From: Camelus dromedarius | Lineage: Eukaryota | NCBI RefSeq assembly: GCF_036321535.1 | Contig: NC_087436.1 | Span: forward strand, 20,772,001-20,836,000 | Length of the DNA stretch: 64,000 nucleotides | Direction of reading: 5' to 3' | In this document: piece after piece, positions 11,601-23,040 of the stretch | How the letters are laid out: every line of letters starts with the position of its first letter | How positions within the stretch are numbered: position 1 is the stretch's first letter | Program-made: the position numbers and the translations under genes | Notes under the pieces: generated by a model | Databases searched by the model: none | Told to the model about the DNA's origin: nothing | What the model saw: only the letters and a program-made list of their open reading frames with translations

Positions 11601-12817
11601 ATGTACATGGCTGAATAGTTTTCCAGAAGATGAAACTCAAATCTCAGTTGGCCTTCATCTTTGGGACCATCGAAGTTATCCCAAGGTTACACACCACCAA
11701 CCTCCCATTTGGAAAGAGATTTGTGCATTTCTAACTTGGAATTAGGCAGTGAGTTAACAAGATCTCTTTTTTGGAATAGAACCATAACCCAATGTCTTTT
11801 GTTGCACATCAAGCTGAGACATAAAAATGATGTCTAGTAACATGGACAGTTTGCTCCTGAGTCAATCAGTGGACCTGCCCCAGGGTCTGAAGGTCAGAGG
11901 CTGGACCCCTGGGTTCCCTGCGTAATGGGTCCAAATTGCTCAACTCCATGACACTTATGGAATCTCCATGGAGATTCCAGGAATGCACAGCTACTCTGGG
12001 GCTTTGTTTTGACATTGGCCTTCTCCTCTTCCAAAAGAACATCATCTCCAGGTGTTTTGAACACACAGGAGAAAATTCAGGGCTCTAGAGAATTGTAGCC
12101 ATTCAGAGTCACACAGGACACTGAGGAAAATTTAGTTTTATGCGATTCTGAAAGTGTTCACTCTGCTCAAGTGGGTTCCAACATCTTAAGGAATTCTCCT
12201 CTCTGCAGTGGTTGCAAAGCAGAATGATTTTCTAGAAACTTCTCTGATCCAAAATTATGTCTTCCCGGGAGCCCCCAAATTCCCAGAGCCTCAGTTCACC
12301 TGTGTATTAAAAAAACTAAGTATTCATTCAGCTCACACCCATCTGTGTCTGGCTTTTGGCTCATAGTCCCGGGTCCTCGGTCTGATCCTTTACTCCACCT
12401 GCTTTAGAATCTTAGTTTGGAGGCAGTAGCGATTTGGAAAGCTAAAGGTGATTTATACCTGAGAAGGAAAGTGTGCATCATCAAAGTACCTTTTCCTGAA
12501 AATAATAAACCACTCACTTCTTATTCCTCCAGAAGGTAGCGTAGTTCAATGGATTGTTAGTTTCACTGTATTATTGACAAGGAATTCGAGATCTCACTCT
12601 TGCAGTCAAATCAAATCCTGCGTTTATGGGTCTACACTGCTTTATCTCCCTTGATAATAACCTGTAAATTTGCTCAATTAAGAGTCTTGATACAGATCTG
12701 ACACCTGAAGTGAGATCTGATGTATAAAGTGAGAAACTCTTGTTTCTTTGATTCACATTGAATGTCAAGACTATTAACTGCTCTTACATTTCTCTACCAT
12801 GTAGTTTTGAATTTCTG

Positions 12818-13690
12818 TGTGAAATAGCCATGATATTATGATTTACAAGAAATACATATTTGATCATTCAGATGACCAAAGTTTATTTCTCATATATATG
12901 TTTGGTCTTTGTCCACAGTTCCTGACTCATAGCTTTCCAAACCCTTGGAGTTTCCTAAGTGTTGAGAGTAGTAAAGGTGTCTTTTGTTACATTAATAAGG
13001 GGAATTTCAGAAAGCTCCTAAGGATGGGGGCTGGTTGCCAGTAGATTAGTGAGATCATGTGATTAGAGTGTTGGGACTTTCCGTCCCACCCCCTGACATT
13101 GGGGAAGGGAGAGGGGCTGGAGGTTGGATCAATCACTAGTGGCCAGTGATTCAGTTACTCATGCCTTTGTAATGAAGTCTAAATAAAAACCCAAAGGACA
13201 GGGTTGTGAGAGCTTCTGGGCTGGTGAGCATTTGGAGATTTGGGGAGAGTGATACACCTCGAGAGATTAGACATTCCACACCCTTTCCCCATACTTGCCC
13301 TGTTTATCTCTTCTGTCTGGCTGTTCCTGAGTTATAACTCTTTTCCTAATAAACTGGTGGCCTAGTAAGTAAAAGCTTTCTCTGAGTTCTGTGAGCCACT
13401 CTAGCAAATTACTTGAACTCAAGGAGGGGATCTTGGGAACTTCAACCTATAGCCAGTCATTCAGAGGCACAGGTAACAACCTGGGCTTGAGACTGGCACC
13501 AGAGGTAGGGACGGAGGGTGGTCCTGTAGGACTGAACCCTTAGCATGTGTGGATCTGATGCTATCTCCGGGTAGATGGAGTCAGAATTGAGTTGAATTGT
13601 AGGACACTCAGCTAGTGTCCAAAGAACTGCTTGTCAGTGTGAGGAACACCCTTCCCTCATGTTGGCATCGGTACCAGAACCTATTTAATA
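12818..13690 (+). mobile_element. Solo LTR, MER21-like
   Basis: Starts TGTG; contains ctaaggatgggggctggttgccag, gggagaggggctggaggtt, AATAAA near 13348 and ctgagttctgtgagccactctagcaaatt. Clearly homologous to the copy at about 37712-38488. Confidence 0.85.
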
Positions 13691-14199
13691 GCTTTTTATA
13701 TTCCTAAAGAATACTTGAATAGTATAGGGGATTTGAAAAACTACATAAGGTTTGGTTGTAGGAACAGAAGTAATTCACGATCAGCTTTGTGCACATATAT
13801 TTTGCTGGTGAATTTGAAAACTCAGGGTCAACAGGAGGGCAAGTCCTATCTTTCTGAATTAGGGATATATGTGTGATGGAACCACTTATGATACCCAAGT
13901 GGTCTCTTTTTTAAAAAGGCATCTGTGAAGGAAGGATACATGAGAAAGAAAAAATGTATGTATCGAAGTGGTATTTTCACTTTTTTTGGAATCAGACACG
14001 GATTATACCTAGTGGATTACTTTGAGTTGATTGCTTGAAAAGAGATAATATAGAAATTATTGCATTTAGCAATTATTTGTTTTTCTAAACTGATAGCAAT
14101 TTAAATTTTCTTAGCATCTAAAGACTGAAGATAAAAGTCACACAAACAGGATCATATTTTGAAGTAAAAAAAAGTCCCATATCTGACATCATCTTTGTA

Positions 14200-14350
14200 C
14201 AAGAGTCTTCATCTTTCTGAGTCTCAACTTCTGTCTCTAGTAGAATAATAATATTTGCCTCACATACAAGATGTGAGAAATAAATGTAGTGTCATATACA
14301 AAGCAGGTGGTATACTGCCTGGCAGGCATTAGGATGCAAGAAAAGATAGC
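14200..14350 (+). mobile_element. MIR SINE (degraded)
   Basis: catctttctgagtctcaacttc...aataataatatttgcctcaca...gtgagaaataaatg...tgcctggca. Confidence 0.6.
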
Positions 14351-15454
14351 AATTGATTTTTACTATTTTTATGGTCATTATTATTTAAATCTAGACAATC
14401 TACTCAAGCATTCCACTCTAGCTATTTTTTCTAAGTGTTTTTTCTCATCTTCTGGGTTTTAAATTCTTGGTTCTGTAACCCAACCTCCTAAGTTTCCCAT
14501 GTGCAACACTTCCACATAGGAAATCTCTTTGAAACTTCTTACTGGCTCTGCTTCAGTTATGTGGACCTCTGCTTTCCTGAAGGCTTTCTAGAGTGTAAGT
14601 TTCCGAGCACCAGTTCTCCTAGGGGAGGCTCACAATGTGGATGACTCTTGGCTTTCCATATATTTGATAAGGACCAAGGAATTCAGGACTGTACAAGGTC
14701 AAAATTAGTTTTAAAAAATAAATAAAAATTTAAAAATAAAAACTTGTTTTGGACATTTGTTGGCTGTCTACTTAACGTCTATTTTTTCCAACCCTCTTTC
14801 TTCCTGAAAGATGTGAGAGGAGAATTTGTTTGCAGGTATTTGGTGATTGTGTCTCAGAAGTATTTCTCAAAATTGGCCTCATCTGCTGCTGTCCCTAGCA
14901 TAGTGCTCAAGGACTGTTCCAACAGGCTGTTTGTCTCTGAATCACGGTCCTCTCCTGTCTCCAGTCCACCCCCCTAGTCTGTTTACTTGTGCATGTATCC
15001 AATGAGTAACACTTAAGGCCTTTGATGTGCCAAGCACTGGACTGTAGATAAGTGGTAAATTAATCTGTGGAAGCACCCATATACTGGGAGTTTATAAGGC
15101 TAACCTCCTTCCCCCTGAGTCTCCATCTGTGACTTGATGTGGATGAAGGCTTTGTTGCTGGAGGCACAGGGCAGGGATTTTATGTGTATAAGAATTTTGA
15201 GGAGGGTGGGGGCGATGGAATGTCATGGTGTTTGGATCCAACCTGTCCCCTGAAATAGATTTGAACACCTGTCGTTAAATGGGAAGCAGTTGAGGGAATT
15301 ATTTTTGTAAAGTCTTACTTTGTGCATTGTTTTAGAGCCCAGGGAACAAAGAGTTAGTTGTGAGAGCCCTTCTTAGTCCCTCTGCATGGTACCCCACTGC
15401 ATGGAGAGCTTTGCAGACCAGTGGCTCCTTTTCTGCGTTGGTCAGCATTGTTGG

Positions 15455-15930
15455 TTTTATTTTTGAAGTATAATCGATTTACAGTGTTGTGTTAGTCTCT
15501 GATGTACAGCATAGTTAGTGACTCAGTTACACATACACACACATATATATTCTTTTTCATTATAGGTTACTACAAGATATTGAATATAGTTCCCTGTGCT
15601 GTACAGTAGGGCCTTGTTGTTTATCTGTTTTATATATAATAATTATTATCTGCAAATCCCAAACTCCCATCTAACCCTTCTCCCACTTCTCACCCTGGTA
15701 ACCGTAGTTTGTTTAAATGTCTGTGAGTCTGTTTCTGTTTTGTAAATAGGTTTATTTGTGTCATATTTTTTAGATTCCACATATAAATGATAACATATGG
15801 TGTATGTCTTTGTCTGGCTTACTTCACTTAGTGTGATCATCTCTAAGTCCGTCCATGTTGCTACAAATGGCATTATTTCATTCTTTTTTTATGGCTGAGT
15901 AGTATTCTATTTTATATGTGTATATATACT
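15455..15930 (-). mobile_element. LINE-1 3' end (cetartiodactyl-type)
   Basis: Minus ORF 15646-15873 (MPFVATWTDLEMITLSEVSQ) is the L1 ORF2 end. ttgaagtata...tttacagtgttgtgttagt...gtacagcatagt is the 3' terminus. Confidence 0.92.
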
Positions 15931-16184
15931 ACAGACCAAATCCAGTCTTACCAGACTAGTACACAAAGGGCCTTCGCAGTCTAACCCCTACAATCTTCTG
16001 TGTGTCTTTTTCTGCTCGTTCCGCATCCAGCCTGTTCTTTAACCACTTTCTGTCTCCATGTTCCTCAGATTGCTGCCTTACCCTCTCCCTCATTTCCTAC
16101 TCCATATCTCCCCCACACCCATTTTGTTTCTGATTTATCTATTTTCATATAATCTTTCCTTTGATTATTGAAAGAATTTTGTCA

Positions 16185-16333
16185 GGGGAGGGTTGTAGCT
16201 CAAGTAGTAAAGCACATGCTTTGCATACCCAAGGTCCCAGATTCAATCCCCAGTCCCTCCTCTAAGAAACAGATAAATAAGTAAACCTAACTACCCCCCA
16301 TCAAAAAAAAGGGGGGGGGGTGAGAATAGAAAG
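16185..16333 (+). mobile_element. tRNA-derived camelid SINE (vic-1 type)
   Basis: ggggagggttgtagctcaagtagtaaagcacatgc...gattcaatccccag has A/B boxes. TSD agaattttgtc at 16173-16183 and 16334-16344. Confidence 0.9.
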
Positions 16334-16344
16334 AGAATTTTGTC

Positions 16345-16442
16345 TCTTATCTTTGCCTCTAACCAGACTGTAATCTCTTTGGGAACAGGTCAGGAGCCAT
16401 GACTTAGGTTCTAAATAAATGCTTGTTAAATCAATGAATAAA
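16345..16442 (+). mobile_element. LINE-2 3' terminus
   Basis: ccagactgtaatctctttgggaacagg...aataaatgcttgttaaatcaatgaataa. Confidence 0.55.
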
Positions 16443-16559
16443 CTCAGTGAGGCCCAAGAAACTTAGAATAGAAGGTCAAAATTCATCAAAAAAACCCCCC
16501 AAAAAACCGAAAACTGCACTGGATATTTATGGATTATCTACATAGCATCCATTTTTTTC

Positions 16560-16981
16560 CTTCTCCTCTCTCTAATAAATGTTACGTTTTTAGGGGGCAG
16601 GCACCTTGTGCCCACACAGAAGAGGCACTTCTGTGGTAGCAGACCCTATTCATCTAATTGGAGTAAAAATGCAAGTATTTTGCTTTAAGCATAAGGCAAA
16701 AACATCATCTCTGAATGCGTCTCCTCAAATGTTGGCACCTAGATCATGAGAATGGACAGGCCAAGGGTGAAGCTATCTCTCTGTGGGTGGAGAGATGGAG
16801 AGATGGAGAGATGGAGAGAAGCAGGTCCCCAGCAACATCACTGAGGTGGAGTCTGAGTCCAACAGAAAAGCCTGCCCTGCTCTGGATCCCCTCACACCCC
16901 ATAATCAGAGACTCCCTATCCTTTAAGCTAATTCAAGCTGGGTTTTTCTGTCCTGCAACATAAATGATTCTAGCTAATACA
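16560..16981 (+). mobile_element. MaLR LTR (old MLT1 type)
   Basis: The end ctttaagctaattcaagctgggtttttctgtcctgcaacataaatgattctagctaataca matches the MLT1 3' terminus. Contains an internal (GGAGAGAT)n repeat. Confidence 0.7.
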
Positions 16982-17015
16982 GCACTTTATGAATCTTCCC
17001 CTCCTACAACGCTCT

Positions 17016-17607
17016 TGTGGGAGAATAGGTTCTTGCCTCTTGCAGGAAAGAATTCAAGAGCAAGGCATGGTAAAGTGAAAGCAAGTTTATTTAGAGATAC
17101 TCACCCTACAGACAGAGTGTGGTCTGTCTCACTCAGAAGGGAAAATGGCTTAGGAGATACACATCCGTAGGCAGAATGTGGGCCATCTCAGAAAAGTGAG
17201 AGGGAGCAAGACCAAGAGGTGTGAGGGTATTTAGTTTAAAGTAAAAGCAGATACACACTCCACAGACAGAGTGCAGGCCGTCTCATAAGGCAAGAGGGAG
17301 AGAGTGACCACCAGGTGTGGAGTTGTTAGGTTTTATGGGCTTGGTAATTTCATATGCTAATGAGTGGGAGGATTATTCCAGCTTTGGGGAAGGGGCCAGG
17401 ATTTTCCAGGGAACTGCCCCCACCGCCTACTTTTTGATCTTTTATGGTCAGCCTAGGAACTGTCACGGTGCCGTGGGTGTGCCACGAGGCTCAGGGTCTA
17501 CTGGAAGTCGAATCTTCCACCATCTCGGTTCTAACCAGTCTGTCCTGTCCTCAACTGCTGTGTCATTCCTTGGGTGGTTGTGCCCTGCCCCCTTCCCTCC
17601 CATTTCA
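17016..17607 (-). mobile_element. ERV1-type solo LTR with internal tandem duplications
   Basis: TG...CA termini; 4-bp flanks ctct/gtct. Minus-strand AATAAA near 17086-17091, TATA-like CATAAAA near 17331-17337, octamer-like ATGCTAAT near 17354. Confidence 0.8.
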
Positions 17608-18235
17608 GTCTGAGAATAGGAAACACAGGGCCTGGATCACACAGGATATCTGTAACTTAGTGGAGACTAGAACCCGGGTCTCTGTACGCCTTGTCCAATC
17701 CTCTTTTTGTTAAATCATACCTCACCCTATACGTTCACTGTCACCTCTTTCACTTCTAATCAGAGCTGTGATCGCTTAAAAAAATCTCCTAGCTGATCAT
17801 GGGTTTACTACTTAATAACACATTTGAGTATGTAGGTAAGATGACCAAACAATTATTTAAATGTATACAGATAAGCTTCATGAAGAGAATTTATGCAGTA
17901 TCATTTTCAAAGAAGGCATTTGAATCTTAACCTTTTTTTTTTCTTGAGCAGAGCTGTAACATTAGCATCTCCGGTCTTATTTTTTCCCCCCAAATTACTG
18001 AGACTGGTTATAGGTAGTAAGTTCACAATTCTGGGTAAGAAATGTCTAGTTCTATAAAATCGAATGAGAACAAAGTATTAACTATTATAGCAGTAATCCT
18101 GTGTTTAAGATGAAACACTTATCACTGAGAGTTTATAAAAAGGGCTGCAGATAATTTGCCGTGTAGTCAACTTTAATCGAAATGTCGACAAGCATGCAAA
18201 GCCATGTTATTGAAGGACTGCTGAGGGGCTTAGGC

Positions 18236-18236
<1 letters not shown>

Positions 18237-18270
<34 letters not shown>

Positions 18271-18360
18271 ATAATAAATAATATTTAATATTAATATTAT
18301 ATATTTATAAAGTATAATATATACATTTATAATATGTCATTATATATATGATATATGTTT
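18237..18360. repeat. (TA)n(CA)n microsatellite and AT-rich low-complexity tract
   Basis: Directly visible. Confidence 0.9.
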
Positions 18361-19144
18361 AGCTATAAAATACAACATAACCTTTTTACATTTTCTCTAT
18401 GGTTGATGCATTCCACTTATATATTACAGCATTTAGCAATATAACTGCACACTGGCCAGTGATCCCCAGATGAAGTGTATATGGCAAGTCATGCTTCCCC
18501 TGGTGAGCTCTGTTAAGTGTCTCACAGTCTAAATAAACTCTGCACAATGAGTTGGGAGCCAGTATGAGGCAAAGTTTATCATTTTGGGTTCCTTGTGAAG
18601 AATCAGTAAGAGCGTTCTGTTTACTTATGCAAAGAACTGTTTTTGATGGGTGCCGGTTCCTGAAGGCAGTGGTGGGGGGAACCCCATTGCTTAATATTAA
18701 GAGACTGTGAATGTCCGTCTCGTACTGACGCTTTCTTCCTGAGAATCTCTTCCTTCCTGCCCTTCACCTCTCCGTGAACAGCAGCTGCATACACAACCCT
18801 TACCCTGACACTTGGAAAACAGACAAGTAGCCTTTTCTTACTGCCATAAATGCCACTCAGTGAACCAGCCACTAGGTCATGCTCATGTGCAGTGCATTCT
18901 GTTTCCTCCCTCCTGGGCTCCAGCCTCACCTTCGTAATGACTGGAGCTGGAGCGTCCCTCCGGGACTCTGTTGTTCTACACTTAGGCTTTTGGCAGCTGG
19001 TAAACATAAAGCCATTATTTTCCAAATAAGCGGGTTACCCACACATGAAATTTCCAAGTTGGAAAATTTTGTCAGCTAGGATCAAATTCAATTGATGAAA
19101 TTAACTTCTTTACAAGAGAATATTTAACGATGGAAAATATCCTG

Positions 19145-19221
19145 ATGTTTTTATAGCTCGTATAGAATACAGTGTTTTAAAGAATGTTTTATAGCTCATA
19201 TAGAGTACAATGCTTTTAAGA
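19145..19221. repeat. Two-copy ~38-bp tandem duplication
   Basis: atgtttttatagctcgtatagaatacagtgttttaaaga / atgttttatagctcatatagagtacaatgcttttaaga. Confidence 0.9.
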
Positions 19222-19777
19222 ACATCTCCTCCCCCCGCATAATCCTTCTCTTTCACACGTTCTTAAGGAAAAATTAATGCTCTCTTCCCAGGCTCTATAG
19301 AGGGCACATTACAATAATCCCAAAGTCAACGTCATGAGAGAGAGGATGGAGAAACTTGAAGATAAAGATTAGGAAACATTCCTAATATAAGATCAGTCTC
19401 AGTAGAAAATAAACCAGCTCTAGAATTATTTTGTTAGTCATCAGGAATATAGGAGTAAATATATAATGAAACCCAGCAGATTTCACATTTAAAAAGTAGG
19501 CAGCATCTTACTATTCCAAAATCATGACCTATTGCTATTTTCCTCAAGTGTTCAGAAAACCGTACCCATGGTCCACATGTTCCACCTCTCAAAATGTACA
19601 TGGGTTACATTTAGACAGAAGGACATGGGTCAGATTTGTGGTTTATCCTGCTTACTATGACAGTCCAAGTGAAGGCTTCTGTTTTTAAAGCATGCTTGTC
19701 CTACATAAGTTCAGTCCAAAAAAAAGCTGAGAATGCCGACACCAAGCATTCCTTTCTGCCCTTAGAAATCAATTCTG

Positions 19778-19948
19778 GGAGGGAGGGTACAGCTCAAGTG
19801 GTAGAGCACATGCTTAGCATGCACAAGGTCCTGGGTTCAATCCCCAGCACCTCCTCTAAAAATAAATAAATAAATAAACGTAGCTACCCCTACCCCCCAA
19901 AAACTAAATAAATAAAAATTACTCTTCAAAAAAAAATTAAAAAAAAAA
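19778..19948 (+). mobile_element. tRNA-derived camelid SINE (vic-1 type), well preserved
   Basis: gggagggtacagctcaagtggtagagcacatgcttagcatgcacaaggtcctgggttcaatccccag, then (AAAT)n and an A tail. Perfect TSD agaaatcaattctg at 19764-19777 and 19949-19962, at a TT/AGAA site. Confidence 0.95.
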
Positions 19949-20059
19949 AGAAATCAATTCTGAAGTTACCTTTCAGTGCCCAGCATAGTGCCCTCAATCA
20001 ATATTTGTTGGAGATATGTGTAGACAAGACCATGTTGCTAGTTTCCACAGCCTAAAGAT

Positions 20060-20260
20060 GCTGACCACTAAGAGCATGTGTTCAGGAGGCAGACAGGCCC
20101 ACCCTGGGGTCCCTGCTCTGCTCTTCCCTGTGGTAACAAGATGGGGAGAATGCCTCCCTCCTAGTCCTGTTGGGAGGACTGAATGGGATAAGGTATTGAA
20201 AGAATTTAACATACTGCCCAGCTCACGGTTAAGACATAGGACATGGATTATTATTTTAAT
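20060..20260 (+). mobile_element. MIR SINE
   Basis: taagagcatgtgttcaggaggcagac...gttgggaggactgaatgggataagg...atttaacatactgcccagc. Confidence 0.6.
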
Positions 20261-20899
20261 TTTGCACCTGTGAGAAAGAATCCTGCTTTCCAAAGTTTAT
20301 TTTCATAAGCCTCCCAATCCCCAAGAATGCTCTATTTTCCTTTATTTTTAAGAAGATCAGCAAGCCGTCAGTACTACATATAGTGTTCCAGGAACTGTCC
20401 ACTTCTGTTTTGATGACATTTTCACCTTTACTATCTTTGACATTTTATTGCTCCTTTTGTCCACAGAAAACTTCTGGGATCTTATAGTCAGGGAACAGCA
20501 TGCAGTGATTCTTAGAATATTTAATTTGTTTTAATTGATGGCTCAGAGCCCATCACTTAGAAATATTATTTGGATATTTCTTCCCAAATACAAGTCTTCC
20601 CATATGTCTAAGCTATAGCTCACCCAACAGTTGAAAGTTCTGTGATACCAACATTTAGTTAACCATTTCAGTTTCACATTGCAAAGCTGCCTTCTGTCTG
20701 GAAACACTGAAAGGCATTTTCCATGCTGGAGATTTTGAGAAAATATTAACCATGACCAGCACCAATATTGGTTACAGGAAGAAACATTGTTAGGGTTTGT
20801 TTTTTGGTTTTTAAAATAAAATTGTATATGATAAGAACATTGACTCTCTGTGCCATATTTATGGCAAGGTTTTTTTGGTTTGTTTGGCTTTAATTTTGT

Positions 20900-21365
20900 T
20901 TATATATTTTTGAAGTTCTGTGTTTTTATCTAGTTAACTCTAGTATTTTTTTTCCCCTCTGTGATTTCTTTTGTTGCTATTAAACTTTGAATTTCTGAGT
21001 ACTGAGTTCAGATATAAATTCATCAGAAATGTATTCTTGATATTAATGGTTGCCTTTAAAAAATTTATCACATCAAATTTATTATTCCATCTACCATTTC
21101 TTTGGTGTATGTAGTAGCCAGGAATATGACTTAAAAAGAGGTAACAAGTTTTCTTAGCACCATTTATTAAATAATTCTTCTCCACAGATTTGATTTGTAA
21201 AAACAAGCTTATCATATGCTCAATTTAAAAATATATCCTGGTATCTGTTCACAGGTGGTCTCTTCATATAGATCTAGTTACTGATTCCTGCATTGAACCG
21301 GTGCTTTACTGTTTGCTTGCTTGTTGTTGTTTATTTTTATAGCTTATAAGATGTTTTATGCCTTA
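20900..21365 (-). mobile_element. Ancient L1 (L1ME-like) fragment
   Basis: T-rich; ttttcttagcaccatttattaaataattcttctccacagatttga resembles antisense ORF2. Confidence 0.55.
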
Positions 21366-21379
21366 AAGTATAAGTTCTC

Positions 21380-21802
21380 CTCACCCATCAACAAACCCTG
21401 TCAGGTCCATCTTCAGAATATGGCCACTGACAGACCCAAAGTCCCACCATTTTGCTACTTCCACTGTGACTACCCTGGTTTCAGCCACCATCGTCTCTTG
21501 CTAGGATTATAACAATAACCTAGTTGGCAGGTAACACCAAATGGACCTTCTCTGACTCTGAGGAAGGACCAATGATGGACCCCCTTCCTGACTCCCCTCA
21601 CGCTGCTGTAGTTTACTTCATAGCACATACCACCTGTTTGGTTATTTATTTTTTTCCTATTGCTAATAGGAAAAGAATGAAACTTTATGAAGACAGTTTT
21701 TTTTTTTTTTTTCCCCTGGCAGGGGCACGGGGAGGCAGGGTAGATAGCCCCAGTGTCTAGAGTAGTTCCTGGTCTATAGTAAATACCCAATTTTATTGAA
21801 TA
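21380..21802 (+). mobile_element. LINE-2 3' fragment
   Basis: ccatcaacaaaccctgtcaggtccatcttcagaata...gccaccatcgtctcttgctaggattataacaataacc...ccccagtgtctagagtagttcctgg. Confidence 0.7.
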
Positions 21803-22139
21803 GGAGTGTTTGGGAATTTGAGTTATTCTTTGATAACATAAAGTGATCTTTCCTCTTCCCCCTCACCCCGGGTTTTTGCTCTTTTCAGGCTTTCTATTTC
21901 TTAAGACAAGTAACATTTTCCTGTAGAATTTATGTGTTCACCAAATACTACTGACAGTCTCCCTGTCCCAGGTACTGTTCTAGGTGCTGTGGAATCAGCA
22001 GTATATAGTAAGATTTAAATTTTTATTAACATAGTACTTTATACAATCTAAAACTTTAAAAAATTAAATTAATTTCTTCTTATATGCCCCTAAATATTAA
22101 ATGTGTTATTACATTTAATTTTTCGATTAAATTTTTATA

Positions 22140-22322
22140 ATTTTTTTAAATTTTCTTAAAAAATGATAACCACAATAAGTCTAGTTATGATCTGTCATCC
22201 TACAAAGTATTAACATTATTATTGACCATATTCCCCATACTGTACATTTCATCTCTGTGACTCATTGATTTTGTAACTGGAAGTTTGTACCTCTTAATTT
22301 CTCTCACCTGTTTCACTCATCA
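22140..22322 (-). mobile_element. L1 extreme 3' end (L1MA9-like)
   Basis: ccacaataagtctagtt...attattgaccatattccccatactgtacatttcatctc...gtaactggaagtttgtacctctta. Confidence 0.75.
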
Positions 22323-22399
22323 TGTTTTAATAATAGTTTAAGCATTCTATAACTTTATATCCAGTTAGACCCAACATTTATTCCGACAGTCCAAAACGG

Positions 22400-23040
22400 T
22401 GGCTGGAGTGTAGTGAGTGCAAGACAGAGAGGTACACATGTTGATTCAAATGTATTCATTTTATTATTCCAATATTCTGTAATGTATAGTTCTTGAAAAC
22501 CTAAGATGTCAAAGGCTGACAGGGGCATCCGAAATTCAGGATAAGGTGGAAACAGTAGGCAGGGGCCAGAACATGCACAGCTTCTTAGGACACAGGAAGG
22601 AGTCAAAGTTCTATTCCAAGAGCAGTGGGGAGCTGTTGGGGAATTTTAAGGATGATCCGTGTTTTATGGTGGCTGGGTGAAGAATTAATAAAAAGGAGTT
22701 AAGACAAAAGTTAGAGAGATCAATTAGGAAGTTATAGAAACAGTCAGAGGTAGGAAGAACGATGGTTACTTGGGCTAAGGATGTGACAGTAGAAATGAGC
22801 AAACTGGATGCAAAAGAGACATTTTGAAAGTACAGTTGGTGAAACGTCCGTTAGATTAAATATGGGTTATATAGGAAAGGAAATAATTAAAATAATTTCC
22901 AATTTTTTTGCTTGAGTATTCAATAAATGGTGAGGCCATTTAGGGAAATGGTGAGAGCTGGGAAAATAATGTTTTGGGGGGAAAGAAAAAGTGTGAGGTT
23001 TTAGCCACAGTTGTTTGAAGTATGTGTAATACATCTGAGG
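22400..23040 (-). mobile_element. LINE-2 fragment
   Basis: gtggctggagtgtagtgag...aggcaggggccagaacatg...gaattttaag...gagatcaattaggaagttatag...attttgaaagtacag. Confidence 0.7.

Noticed and set aside
14701..14750. Possible tail-only insertion between aaaattagtttt and aaaacttgtttt
   Set aside because: The repeats are low-complexity with two mismatches and cannot be distinguished from chance.
19778..19855. tRNA-like sequence with A/B boxes (also near 16185 and 42815-42887)
   Set aside because: Each is followed by a SINE body and tail and flanked by TSDs, so these are SINE heads, not tRNA genes.
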